NCBI RefSeq assembly: GCF_004010195.1
Contig: NC_057746.1
Coordinates: forward strand, 11,930,236-11,994,235
Direction: 5' to 3'
Length of the DNA: 64,000 bases
DNA from: Chiloscyllium plagiosum
Lineage: Eukaryota
The first letter of the stretch is position 1; each line of letters begins with the position of its first letter. Position numbers and translations under genes: made by a program. Under the pieces are notes generated by a model. The model was not told the origin of the DNA and did not search any database. It was given only the letters and a program-made list of their open reading frames with translations. Below are positions 49,851-62,930 of the stretch, one piece after another.

Positions 49851-51302
49851 TGAGTGTGAGTCACTAAACAGTTTGGACCCGGAGATTAGAAACACCTCCT
49901 TACATTGCAGAATGCACCTTTTTTTTTTCAAATTGCTCCGACACTAAAATGCATAGTGAAGGAAAGCTGTGTGCCTGAGAAACAAAAAAGTGAGTTGGCA
50001 GTGATACATAATACCTAGGTAAACTTTTGAAAGAGCATTTAATGAACTAGAATAGGACAATCTATACGTTTTTTATTTAAAAATCCTCAACATCTAAACC
50101 ATTGCAGATAACTGTCTGGGTACATCAAGAGTGTTTGGTTAAATTACAATAATCATTACCACGAATGTAGGTTATAAACAGTACATTTTTCTGCTCACGG
50201 ATAGCTCTGACATGGGTAATTAACTCATAAGAATCAGAAATAATTCGCTGTTACACTACACCAGTGTTAACCATGTATAAAGGGTCCACTCAGTTTTAAT
50301 GAGATGCATGAATCAGAGAATGGTGCAACAAGTGATGTGAGTTTGAACCAATTCAAGCTTATTAATTTACTTTGTGATGATAACAAATGTTACTGCAATG
50401 TGGGATTTTGGATCCATTAACTTCATATTCAAGAGCTTTAAAGATACTCAATAAACAGACTGAACTAACCAGAACATCATTGCATGCAATGTCCTGTTTT
50501 CTGATAGTCATACAGTGAATGCTGTATTCAGTGACTTTCCTTTTAAAGGGAGAAATGCCAAGTGAAATGCACCCATTGTGAGTAAATGGGAAAATATAGT
50601 TTGTTTGGTAGGATTTTACTTTAATTGATTCATTTTCCCTTAAAATCGGCCAGATACGATAGTTGACAGCAATTAAGCCGACTGCAGAAAAGGTCCTTGA
50701 GTTCCCAGTTTCATTTACTAGAAGCTGGTGGAGTTTCTGCAGTGGATCAAAGATATTTTGTCTCACTGTTGACTAGTTGGTGGAAAGCCAACTGCAAACC
50801 ATAACCACTGCCTCTGCAGAAACAAATCTACTCAGCAAAGTTTATTTTTCAGTTGTGTAACCTGGAGAACTGGTCCCTCCTCTCATTGAAGGAAATATTC
50901 GCTGAGTCTCAGACACAACCTAAACATCAACAATTCATTCGAGGATCACTGCAGCACTGTTTAATATTGAGAAAAATTAATAAATAGTCAGAGAGTCATG
51001 GAGTGATACAGCATGGTTACAGACACTTCGGTCCAACCAGTCCATGCCAGTCATTATCCCAAACGAAACTAATCCCACCTGTGTGTACTTGGCCCATATC
51101 CTTCCAAACATTTGATATTCATTTACTTATCCAAATGTCTTCTAAATGTTGTAAGTTTCCACCACCAAATCATCCCATACACAAACCATTCTCTGTGTAA
51201 AACGTTGTCTCTGATAGCTTCTTTAAATTTTTTCTCCTCTCATCGTAAAAACATGAGAAATCCCTCATCCTATTGTTGAAATCCCTCACCATAGAGAAAA
51301 TA

Positions 51303-53392
51303 TGCCAAAAATTGAAAACAATCCCAGCTCCAAACATTTACAAAATATCACTATGGATCTTCCTTGAGTCCAAAACAGATTGTCCCCTTTGATAAATGGT
51401 TTGTAAAATTTACTCACGTATCTACTGCGATGGACGTTTTCAAATAACTTCTGAAATGCAAATGGTTCACATCAATAGGATTAAATTAACATTTCGTGCG
51501 CTACCCCACACGCAAAAAAATCAAGTTTGTTGACATGAGTTGCTCTGAGGAAGTCTACGATGAATTCTTTTATCAAACAAAATCATTTCCAATGTTGTGA
51601 GGGCTCGTCTATCTTATGTGCAATGGTCTGAATTTTAAGTTGTGTCTTACTGAAGATGAAACTGGCTGATCTGGGTAAAAAGTACAGTTTGTGCCTTTCA
51701 CATTGTTAATGTAGTTTAGTTGCTAAAGTGATGTTGTCCCAGGCATCATCTAGCACCATTAACGAGACCATTAATTTCCACATCACGAGCCGGAGGGTCA
51801 GGTGGAGTTTATTGATATGTGATATTTTTGAAACGAAAGCTTCGTACATTTCCAATCTGAATCATGTCAATTAGAGCCATCCACGTTTCCACCCGTGGCT
51901 TTATAAAATTATATGAGGTCAACCACCGAACTCTCACCCTCCAGTGAAAATAGTTCCACTATATCTGGATTTCCAACGGTGACTCTGTTCCGTCACATTC
52001 TGCTGTTAAAGAGCTTCCTGCCACCCCAGGTCCACAGAGAACGTCCCTTGATACTATTTCAAGGAAATGAAAGCAACTTGTCTCACCACATTGTTCAATT
52101 GTATTTGGTTTCAAACACCATAAAAAATAAATGTTCATGTCATTGCTGATTTATGGGAGAATTTCGTTTACAGAGTATCTGCTGACATACCTGCAGTACC
52201 AATCTGGATCTGGTTCGCAGGTTCACCTGTTGCTCACAAATGCAACCAGACATCTGGGAACAGTGAACATCGCCCACACCCACCCCTACACCCTTCCCCT
52301 TTGTACTTTGTACTTTGTGAAATCCGTTTAGTCAATAGTCAGTTAAAAGAAAGTGTTTTTAAAAACTTTCTTAATTCATGTTGCTAATCTTGTCTGAATA
52401 AAGGTATGTTGCTGTCAGCATTTCTGGGGAACATGTCTGCATTTTTTTCATGTCAGTTTACAATGATATTAAGTCAAGAATAGTCAAAATATCCTGAGAA
52501 ACAACATTTACAAATGGGCCGATTAGCTCCTCAGGGCTGCACCAACTGTTTGAATATTGATACAGTTCTGCCCCTGCTTTTTCCCCATAAGCCAGGATTT
52601 ACAGCATTGTAGATCATGTCTATGTTGATAATAGATTAGAAATTACACAATGTTCCCGAATGTTTACTTCAAGTGCTATCATCAGCAGTCTTACGGACAA
52701 CATGCTATAAAGTGTGTATTGGCTGGAACGCTCTATTTTCACGTGACACAGGTGCAATGGGCGAAGTGATCTCTCTCTGTCGTGAAAACTTTCTACTACT
52801 CGAAATTAATCTTTCCTACTTTGTCTCGTTCAGAGGCTCTAATTCACATGATTCATACCGGAAATATTCCAAGCCTTCGTTTCAATGATATCAATAAACT
52901 CCACCTGACTCTCCGGTTAGTGATGTGGAAATTAATGGTCTAATTAATGGTGCCACACGATGCCTGGGACAACATCACTTTATTCAACTAAAGTCAGCAA
53001 TATACATTAACAATGTGAAAGGCACAACTTATACTTTTACCCAGAGCAGCCAGTTACATCTGCATTCAGACACAAAATTCAGACCGTTGCACAGAAGATA
53101 GACGAGCCCTCACAACATTGGAAATGATTTTGTTTGATAAAAGAATCCATCGTAGACTTGCTCAGAGCAACTCGTGACAACAAAATTGCTTGATTTTTTT
53201 TGTGTGGGGTAACACATGAAATGCTACTTTCATCCGATTAATGTGAACCATTTGCACTTCAAGTTATTTGAAAACGTCCTTCACAATAGATATGTGAGCA
53301 AATTTGAGAAATCATTTTTTTTTGGACTCAAGGAAGATTCATAGTGATATTTTGTAAATGTTTGCAGCGGTGATTGCTTTGCATTTTTGACA
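51303..53392. repeat. Long inverted repeat (arms 51303-51878 and 52835-53392; ~950-bp spacer)
   Basis: Arms are reverse complements over about 570 bp, e.g. TCAGGTGGAGTTTATTGATAT vs ATATCAATAAACTCCACCTGA and TCTTCCTTGAGTCCAAAA vs TTTTGGACTCAAGGAAGA. Confidence 0.9.
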
Positions 53393-53934
53393 AAGACATT
53401 GGCGTACAGTACACAACTTCACAATTTGCTGTACCATGAGACTAACAACCACTGTGAACAAGGAAGGCCATGGTTCAGAATTTAACAAGGACCCAGCAAG
53501 ATTCGTGGAATGGACCGACGAGTGATAAATGAAATTTAACAAAGGCATTTCTGAAATGATTAATTTAGCTGGGAAGAATGTAGAGACACAAATTCACATC
53601 TCTGTTTGATTTTCAATGTACTATAAATTACTTTTCGATTATATCCTAAAATACTTGCGTTTTTGTTCATATTTAATACACTCTATCTTGTTTTGGGGCT
53701 AAGATAGTTTCTTTATTAATTTCACTCAAGACTGTATGCTGTATTTTTGCCTCAGTATTGACCAAACTCGGTTTGATGCCAGCTTAGATCGCTCGAGCTG
53801 CTTTTTCAGGAAGTGAATCTCTCCACCTGTTATGTCAAAATAATCTGTTCACGCTTAGATCGAGATAAATCGTGTTAACATCATCCCAAATTCAGGCTCG
53901 GTTATTTTGTATTTATTCATTGGAATTGAACAGG

Positions 53935-55110
53935 AATATGACCAGCCGGTCTTTGGTGGAGTGGGAGAGGGAGTTAAAGTGTTCAGCCACGGGGTCGTGG
54001 GGTTGTTTGGCGCAGGCGTCCCAGAGATGTTCTCTGAAATGATCCGCAAGTTAGTGCCCGGTCTCCCTGATGTAAAGGAGACCACATCAGGTGGAACAGA
54101 CACAATTGGTAACATTTGTGGAAGTATAGGTAAATTTCTCTGGGATGTAGAATGATCATTTGGGGCCTTGTCGGCGGTGAGTGGGCGCAGGTTTTGCAAT
54201 TCCTGTGGTAGCAGGGGAAGGTGACGGGGTTGGAAGTGGGCTGGTCGGGGTGGGGGTGGACGTGGACCTGAAGAGGGAGTCTCGGAGGGAATGGTGTCTC
54301 CAGAACGCAGATGGGATAGGGAGGGAAATATACCCCGAGTCATGGGGTCTGTTTGCAGCTGGTGGAAGCAGTGGAGGATGATATGATGTATGCGAGGTTG
54401 GTGTGGTGGAAGGTGAGGAACAGGAGGGCTCCCTGTTGCGATTGTAGGGGTGGGGTTCAATTGCATCATCAACCACGTGGGAGGGGAAATTGCTGTCTTT
54501 GAAAAAGGAGGTTATCTGAGATGCTTTATGGTGGAACTGGTCCTCCTGTGAGCAGAGGAATTGAGAATAACGGATGGCATTTTTACAGGAGGTCGGGTGG
54601 GTGGAGGTGTAGTCCAGGTAGCTGAGGGAGTCAGTGGGATTGCAGTAAATGTTTAGTTGGTCACTGCAGATAGAGGTGGCGAGGTCTAGGGAAGGGACGG
54701 AGGTGTCCGAGATGGACCTAATGAAGTTTAGATCAGGGTGGAAGGTTTTTAGTGAAGTTGATGAACTGTTCAACCTGCTAGTGGTGGCATGAGGTGGCGT
54801 TGATGCAGTCATCCATGTAGCAGAGGTAAAGATGGGCAATGATACCGGTGTAGCTGTGGAGGATTGACTGTTCCACGTATCTGACGAAGAGGCAGGCATA
54901 GCTGGGGTCCATACAGCTACCCATGGCTACCCCTTTGGTTTGTAGGAAGTGGGAGGATTGAAAGGAAATGTAGTTGAGGGTTGAGCAGTTCAGCCAAGCA
55001 AATGAGAGTGTGAGTGGAAGGGTAATGCTTGGGTTGGCATGACAGGAAGAAACGGAGAGTTTCGAGGCCTACATCATGGCGTTTGAATGTGTACAGGACC
55101 TGGACATTCT
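53935..55110 (-). mobile_element. Penelope-like retroelement fragment (RT C-terminus plus GIY-YIG endonuclease)
   Basis: GVAMG..PSYACLF, YLDYTSTHPTSCKNAIRYSQFL and degenerate C..CGLLYI.ET GIY-YIG remnants. Confidence 0.85.
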
Positions 55111-57288
55111 GTTAATTCTGGGGTTTGCCAACAGCTTGTAGTTATTATGGAACTGCAAGGGCAATGGCGGGAACTCGGAGAAACCAATGCTAAAGTCTTC
55201 TTTTTGACCAGAACATTTAAACACCACAAAGCTCACTGTAGGAAATGCCAGTGCTGCAACTTTTAATAATATTTGAGACTTTGTTAAAAATAGGGATTTT
55301 TAGTCATAGTTTCTGAAATAATCAAGAAAATAATTATCCGTTAGAAGAAGCTCTTTCAAAGAGAGAGGACTTGCAAAGTTTGAAACCATACAGTGCTGTG
55401 CTTTATTTGAACTCAATGTCGGTCAGAGTTAGATACAGACAAGGTAATCTCTCCATATATTGATTCTGTTAATCTGACACACTGACATACTTTCTGTACA
55501 AAACTGTATTATTTGTTTAAGTTGATCAAAATCTAGGAAATAGATCAAACAGAATGTATTCAGCTGGGGAAGCGATGGATACAGAAGACAGAATCTAAAA
55601 CTGGGAACATTAAATCTGAAGAAAGAGTAACAAGAAGTACAAGATCAAAGACATGAAAAGGTGCAGTTGATATGTTCCAGACTTCAGTGAATCGAATGAG
55701 CTTGTTAGATGGTCGAGAGACTCGTCCAATGGTATCCTGGAATCAGACCGTGAAACAGAGATCGAAAGGTCGATTTGCAAATGTCACTTCAATGCGATCG
55801 CTTCACACTCTGTGTCCTGATATAGGCCACATCAGCAGATGTTTCAGCCAGATTGCATCCCCTGGGTTGATTTTCTGATCAGAAGTAAGATGTGTGACTT
55901 GCTGCTGGCACATAGAAACAGGAAGTTGTGCGTCTGCTGAGAATGATACACCAGACGCTACTTTCCATATTATCAGCACAAAGTCTTCCTGCCTCTGAGG
56001 GTGAACACACACTGACAGTGTCAAGAACAAACGGACAGATTGCTGTTGGTCTCAACGTTGCACTCAATTCCATTCCCATTTTCCGGAATGAAACAGAAGT
56101 GACACAAGATTATTTCAGCGATAGTAAGTTATCTGTCAGAGAGATGAGAAAAGTTATCACCGGGCGAAAGGAGCTAAATGACAAAACATAGTTTCGCTCA
56201 TAAACCTATGTTTAACAGTAGAAAGCTTGAGGGAAGTTAATAAATAAATCTAAAGAACAGCATTGATTAAAAGTTGGAATTGTAAGGTTTCAGCAATAAA
56301 ATTCAGCATGGCTTTGGTGGCAGTGATATCATATCGGACATGGCTGATACTGTTTTCCGAAGAGGCATTGAGATGTGTCATCGAGTGTAAAAATGGATGT
56401 AATGCTTATTGACTTAAATCAGGTTTTTGCTAAGATTGTTTATCTTCAATAAGGTAAGGGTTCATGGGATCTGCTCCAGATGGTTTATTTGGTGCAGAAG
56501 GTAATGGTCGAAGATAGTCTTGTGTCCAGTGGTTTACTATAAGACTTGGTGCTGGATCCTTTGCTGTTTGCAGCGTACATGAATGATCTCGTGAAGAATG
56601 TAGCAATTTTGATCAGTAAGTTCAAAGATGAGGTGAAAAACGTTTGGTTTTGCAATTAATGAGGAGGAAAGCCAGTGTGACACCAATGACTTTGCCTGTC
56701 GGAGAGAAGAATTGAAAACAGAACATTGCATCCTGAAGTCTGTGAAGTAAAGCATTTTCGAGACTTACATTTTAAGCGAATATACAATGCACCATAGGAA
56801 TCTACAAAATACAAAGGATAAGCGATCTCCTGTTGTGCTTATCCACATCATAGAGTGGGGGTTGGGGCTTTCGTCTGGAGATATTGTGGCTAGACCATTA
56901 ATTCAGGAAACTGGGGTCTGAGCCCTCAGTGCTGCTGCATCAAGTCATGAATTATGGTTGATAATTAAACAACTCATTGGAGGAATAAGCTCCACAGATA
57001 TTCCCTTGTTCTGCTTTGGAGAGCACAACACATCAGCGCAAAAATTAAGGCTGAAGCATTCAAAGCAATCTTCAGCCAGAAGTGCCAATTGTATGATCCA
57101 TCTCAGCATCTTCCAGTGATCACCTGTATCACAGATACCTGTCTTCAGGGAATTCGCTTCTCTCCATGTGATATCAAGACACTGTTGGGCAGGGGGCACT
57201 GGTTACTGCAAATGCTATGGAGCCTGACAAAATTCTGGCAATAATACTGATGACATGTGCACTCCCAGGACAGCTACAACACTGGCAT

Positions 57289-59052
57289 GGCCCGCACGGA
57301 CTCGGGACTCGCTACCACAGCCACATCTTCTTCCTCAGCACCTGCCTACGGAACCGACTGATCCCGCACGGACTCCGGATAACGTTCAGACCAACACAAT
57401 TTGGACCCAACCAGGACAACCAGTACCTACAACAAATCCGAAGCCTCCAACAAAAGACCTCCCTCCGGATCCTTCGCTCCACGCTTGCAGCCATGCGCCG
57501 CTACCTACATTCCCTGCAATTAGACCTACTCCAGCTCAGGACAACACTCTCACAGATCTGTAAAGGACCTTTACTGTTCTTCATCCACAGAAGAATCCAA
57601 ACAGTAAATAAACAGTTCTTCCTAGTCATATCGGAAATTAAAGACAGTAAGTCCATGATTTTCGCCTTTCTGGTCCCCAACGCCTTATCTTCACCATGGA
57701 CATCCAGTCCCTGTACACCTCCATCCCCCATCACGAAGGACTTAAAGCCCTCCGCTTCTTCCTTTCCCGCCGTACCAACCAGTACCCTTCTAGTGACACA
57801 CTCTTTCGACTGACTGAACTGGTCCTCACCCTGAACAACTTCTCTTTCCAATCCTCCCACTTCCTCCAAACCAAAGGAGTAGCCATGGGCACCCGCATGG
57901 GCCCCAGCTATGCCTGCCTCTTCGTAGGATATGTGGAACAGTCCATCTTCCGCAGCTACACTGGCACCCCCCTCCCCACCTTTCCCTCCGCTACATCGAT
58001 GACTTTATCAGCGCTGCCTCGTGCTCCCACGAGGAGGTTGAACAGTTCATCCACTTTACCAGCACCTTCCACCCCGAACTCAAATTCACCTGGACCGTCT
58101 CAGACTCCTCCCTCCCCTTCCTAGACCTTTCCATTTCTATCTCGGGTGACCGAATCGACACGGACATTTACTTTAAACCGACCCACTCCCACAGCTAACT
58201 AGACTACACCTCCTCCCACCCTGCCCCCTGTAAAAACACCATCCCATATTCCCAATTCCCTCGTCTCCGCCGCATCTGCTCCCAGGAGGACCAGTTACAA
58301 ACCGTACAACCCAGATGGCCTCCTTCTTCAAGGACCGCAATTTCCCGCCAGACGTAGTCGACGATGCCCTCCACCGCATCTCTTCCACTTCCCGCTNNNN
58401 NNNNNNNNNNNNNNNNNNNNNNNNNNNNNNNNNNNNNNNNNNNNNNNNNNNNNNNNNNNNNNNNNNNNNNNNNNNNNNNNNNNNNNNNNNNNNNNNNNNN
58501 NNNNNNNNNNNNNNNNNNNNNNNNNNNNNNNNNNNNNNNNNNNNNNNNNNNNNNNNNNNNNNNNNNNNNNNNNNNNNNNNNNNNNNNNNNNNNNNNNNNN
58601 NNNNNNNNNNNNNNNNNNNNNNNNNNNNNNNNNNNNNNNNNNNNNNNNNNNNNNNNNNNNNNNNNNNNNNNNNNNNNNNNNNNNNNNNNNNNNNNNNNNN
58701 NNNNNNNNNNNNNNNNNNNNNNNNNNNNNNNNNNNNNNNNNNNNNNNNNNNNNNNNNNNNNNNNNNNNNNNNNNNNNNNNNNNNNNNNNNNNNNNNNNNN
58801 NNNNNCCACTCCGGCCTATCACCCTCACCTTGACCTCCCTCCACCTCTCGCATTTCCAAAGCCCCTCCCCCAAGTCCCTCCTCCCTACCTTTTATCTTAA
58901 CCTGCTGGACACACTTTCATCATTCCTGAAGAAGGGCTTATGCCCGAAACGTCGATTCTCCTGTTCCTTTGATGCTGCCTGACCTGCTGCGCTTTTCCAG
59001 CAACACATTTTCAGCTCTGATCTCCAGAATCTGCAGCCCTCACTTTCTCCCC
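57289..59052 (+). mobile_element. Penelope-like retroelement with internal deletion, nested in an L2/CR1-like LINE
   Basis: MDIQSLYTSIPH..LTLNNFSF..QTKGVAMGTRMGPSYACLFVG RT motifs; terminal repeat with hammerhead. Contains the gap 58397-58805. Confidence 0.9.
58926..58953 (+). ncRNA. Minimal hammerhead ribozyme motif in the Penelope terminal repeat
   Basis: CTGAAGA-A-GGGC-TTAT-GCCC-GAAAC-GTC; predicted cleavage after 58953. Confidence 0.8.
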
Positions 59053-60714
59053 AATGTGGAAAATAGGCCAGGCATGTCCTGTGCACAGAAAATTGGTAAA
59101 ACTACACTGGCGAATTACTGCCCCATCAGTCCATGCTCAATCATGTGTTAGGTGTAGGAAGGTGCTATCAAGCAGCACGAGCTCAGCAATAACCTACTCG
59201 GTGACATAAAATGTGGGTTGCGCAAGGCCTACTCAGCTCATGACTGAATTACAGGCTTGATTTAAACATGGACAAAGAACTGAATTCCAGAATTGAGGGA
59301 AGAATGACAGCCCTTCACATTAAGGTCACATTCAAAGAGTGTGATATTATGGAGTCCCAGCAAATCTGGATTCAATGGGTATTAGGCGACAAACTCCCTG
59401 CTGCCTGCAGTCATACCTCACACATTGGAAGATGGCTCTGCTAGTTAGAGGGCAGTCGTCTCAGCCAAAGCAAATCTCTGTTGGAGTTCCTAAAGAAAGT
59501 GTCCTCGGCCCAATCATGTTCAGCTGCTTCAGCAATGACCTTCCCTCCATCAGAAGGTCAGGAGTGAAATCTGCATTAATCTAGCACTTTTATGTGCCTG
59601 CTCAGTCCACGTTCAAACGCAACAAAATCTGGACAATATCCAGACTTGAGCTGACAAGTGGCAAATAGCTTTCACACCACACAACTGTGAGACAATGACC
59701 ATTGACAATAAGAGACAATCTAACCAAAACCCCTTGACATTCAATAGTGTTATCATCACTGAATCCCTCACCATCGATATCTTGGGTCTTATTGTTCATT
59801 AACAATTGAGCTGGGCACTCCATATATATACAATTGTTGTAAGAGCAGGCCAGAGGCTAGGAATGCTGCAGCGAGTAACTCACCCTCCTGACTTGCAAAG
59901 CCAATTGACTGTCTAAGAGACAGAAGTCAGGAGGGTAATAGCACTGCTCGCCCCTTGACTGGATAGGAGCAGCTTCAACTGGACTCAAGAAGCTTGGCAT
60001 TGTCCAGGACAAAGCATCCCACTTGATCAGCAGCACATCCACAAGCGTCCATTGCCTCCAAATCTGATGCTTAGTACCTGCACTATCTAAAAAAATTACA
60101 CTGCAGTAACTTAGCCACTTCCTTAGACAGTACCTTCCCACTACCACTTGCATATCGATGTACAGGAGCAGCAGATACATGGAAACAGTACCACTGTAAG
60201 CTGCTCTCTTAACCACTCGGCATCCTGAGATGGAAATATATCATAGGTCCTTTACTGTAACTGGGTCTAAATCTGGAATTCCCTTCCTTAGGGCATTTTG
60301 GAACATGTTATTTCAGAAAAACAGCTTTCTTCCAACTTCTGAAGGACACCTACAGACAATTAAACACAACCACCTTATTCCATGAGTCAATAAAATAAAT
60401 CATTCAGGCTAACATGACAGTTTGATAAAGTGGTTGAGAAGGCATTATGAGTATGTAATAGGCAATCGAAAGGTTTGGTGTAAAGTTTCAGAATCAATCT
60501 CTACCATGGTAGCTTCAAATAATGAAAGAGTATGAAATGAAAATGCTGGAGCAATGAACGATGATGACAGACCTACCAAAGTTTTGAACCATGTTACATG
60601 GTTTAGTATTGTCCTTCAGAGGAGGACGTCTGACCTTCCTACCTGGCCTGCCCGACCCGTTCAACAATAAGGTGAGGGTTCCTTTCCTGTGCCGAACCTG
60701 ACTAAGAAACCAAT

Positions 60715-60936
60715 CAGGATAAAGTGAGGACTGCAGATGCTGGAGATCAAAGTTGAGAGTGTAGTGCTGGAAAAGCACAGCAGGTCAGGCAGCATCCGAG
60801 GAGCAGGACAATCAACAGTCCAGGCATAACAACCTCATCAGATATCCAAATGATGGCCTTATGCCCAAAACGTCGATTCACCTGCTCCTCAGATGCTGCG
60901 TGACCTGCTGTACTTTTCCAGCACTACAGTCTCGAC
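60715..60936. mobile_element. Palindromic non-autonomous Penelope terminal-repeat derivative
   Basis: GTAGTGCTGGAAAAGCACAGCAGGTCAGGCAGCATC and its reverse complement flank two decayed hammerhead cores. Confidence 0.75.
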
Positions 60937-61294
60937 TGAGAAACCAATTAGTTGTAATAAAGCTTCTCAAGAAGGATCAACCAAAATTAGCCGAGCAAGA
61001 TGGCAGGCCTTCAAAAAGGTAGTTGATGACCACCTTCTTGGGATATGTCACTAACTTCTTCATAATCCAAAATTCATAATTTTGAAGAAGTCAAAAAATG
61101 CAAATTAAGGTGAGTCAGGCTCTTCAGACTGAGTCTGATACAGACTTTAGATTCACGATTGGATGCAAAGTCTCCTGTGATGTTGTTGTGAACAGCAAGA
61201 GAGTTCTTGGCAGTATTGCACTCCAATATTCATGATGTAAAGTGTCAGATTTATTATAGTTCTGTTTGTGACCGCTTTCTGTGCATTCCCAACA

Positions 61295-61620
61295 TTAGGA
61301 TCGCAGTGGTGATATCACGAGACCAGTGTTCCCAAACTCCAGTTTGATGCTGATTGGAAGGGGTTTGGAAATTCATCGTTTGCCCAGGGTGAAATTTGAA
61401 TTTAAAGAAATCCTGGAATCGGAAAGAAAGCCAAATGCTGACCATGTAACCCGAGTCAATGGAAGAATACAAAAACAGCTGGTTCACGAATGACAAGGCA
61501 TGGTCTGGCCGACATGAGATTCCAGACCCACTGGGAAGTAATTGATTGTGTTCTGAAGTGGCTTTAGCAAGCTATTCAATGGGCAATTGCGGGTACGGAC
61601 TCATTGCTGACTCTTACCAG
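61295..61620 (+). mobile_element. Old diverged SINE
   Basis: Degenerate tRNA-like head and TGGTCTGGCC..CCAGACCCAC core, recognised from memory only. Confidence 0.45.
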
Positions 61621-62679
61621 AAAGTAATACGCATAACGAAACCTCGCAACATCTATACCAATTAAATGTAATTGTTGCGGCAGTTCCTGATGTATTTCAA
61701 GTATTTCACGTGAATATTCTAAAACGCACTTTGAGAAATGTTGCACCGTCTAAACGGACTACAATATAAATCAATGGGACATTCAGCGTAGATCCAGTTC
61801 AACAATGAAGTTTAATTGCAGAATTTTCAGAACTGAATTTTTAACTGAAATAAAAGTTTTAAATTGTGTTTATCTTTCAGCAATAAATAAAGTCTGTTGC
61901 AATTCGACTTCATAAAATTGTATTCATTTCTGCAAACGGTCAACATTCTTAAAATAAACTTGTTTCGATTTGAAACTTACCAATAAATAACCTCGTTCAT
62001 CTGTCTTTGCTGAGATCATCACTTCCAAGAAACCAATTAAGCACTTACGTAAATAAACACAGAAATAGAATTCTCAGAATAGATTACAGAATAACAAAAC
62101 CCCACTTTATATATCCCCACAAGCACAGCACACAAATTGTGGAAAAAAACGCAAATAACTCAGTGGATTCCAATACTAATTGATATTAGGATTTTTTAAT
62201 ACATGATTTGTAAGATTGTTGAAAGACAGAGATACCAATTGTCATGTTTAGTCAAAAAAACTATAATGAAGAGATACATTGGCACAGCTAATATTTCTGT
62301 CTCTCTTTTTCTCTCTTCCCCTGCTGCTTTTCCCCCTTTTTTCTTTATATCTGATGCCTTGTTTTGCCTCTCCACAATCGGAGAATGTTTTCCTTAATAA
62401 CATGAAGCCAACACCTCACCAACATATCTTCTCAGCCAAATTCATCCATTTCTTTAGAGAGATTTGAGTCAGTACAGCAAGATTTTCTCAAAAGTCTGTC
62501 TGAGTATTGAGTGATCTGGAAATGCTTGATAGGAAAGACACTGCAAGACTTTACTGTGTTAGTGTTTTCATTGTAACTCAGCAGTATTATTCTTGTCTGA
62601 GGAATGTTTAATGGTTCAGTGCAATGCATATTTAGTCTATAATTAAACTTTACTGCACATCTCATGGAATGTTTAATAT

Positions 62680-62930
62680 TGTAGAGGGTGATTTATTCTG
62701 TATCGACTCTGTTGTACATACCCTGGGAGCGATTTTTTAGGGAATCCTGGATGCAGCTCTACTCTGTGTCTAAACCAAAATGTATTTGACATGTTTGCGT
62801 TGGACAGCGCAATATAGAGGGAGATTTACCCAGTTCATTACATGAGCTGTACAATCACGAAAAATATTTGATGTAATCGTGTAAGGGACTTGAACTCCTA
62901 CCCACTGTCTTCCTGATTTTGAAGCGCTTG
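62680..62930 (+). repeat. Degenerate ~60-70 bp minisatellite (GTAGAGGGAGCTTTACTCTGTATCTAA-type)
   Basis: TAGAGGG..TTTA and ACTCTGTGTCTAA units recur with a period of about 65 bp. Confidence 0.45.

Larger units (their letters stand above)
56950..60380 (+). mobile_element. Old L2/CR1-superfamily LINE RT fragment (host of the Penelope insertion)
   Basis: NYCPIS and GVPKESVLGPIMFSCFSNDL RT motifs. Reading continues across the Penelope insertion. Confidence 0.7.

Noticed and set aside
50362-50766. 134-aa ORF (also 46460-46924, 32155-32796 and 63528-63986)
   Set aside because: No recognisable domain. These are chance ORFs in AT-rich or repeat-derived sequence.
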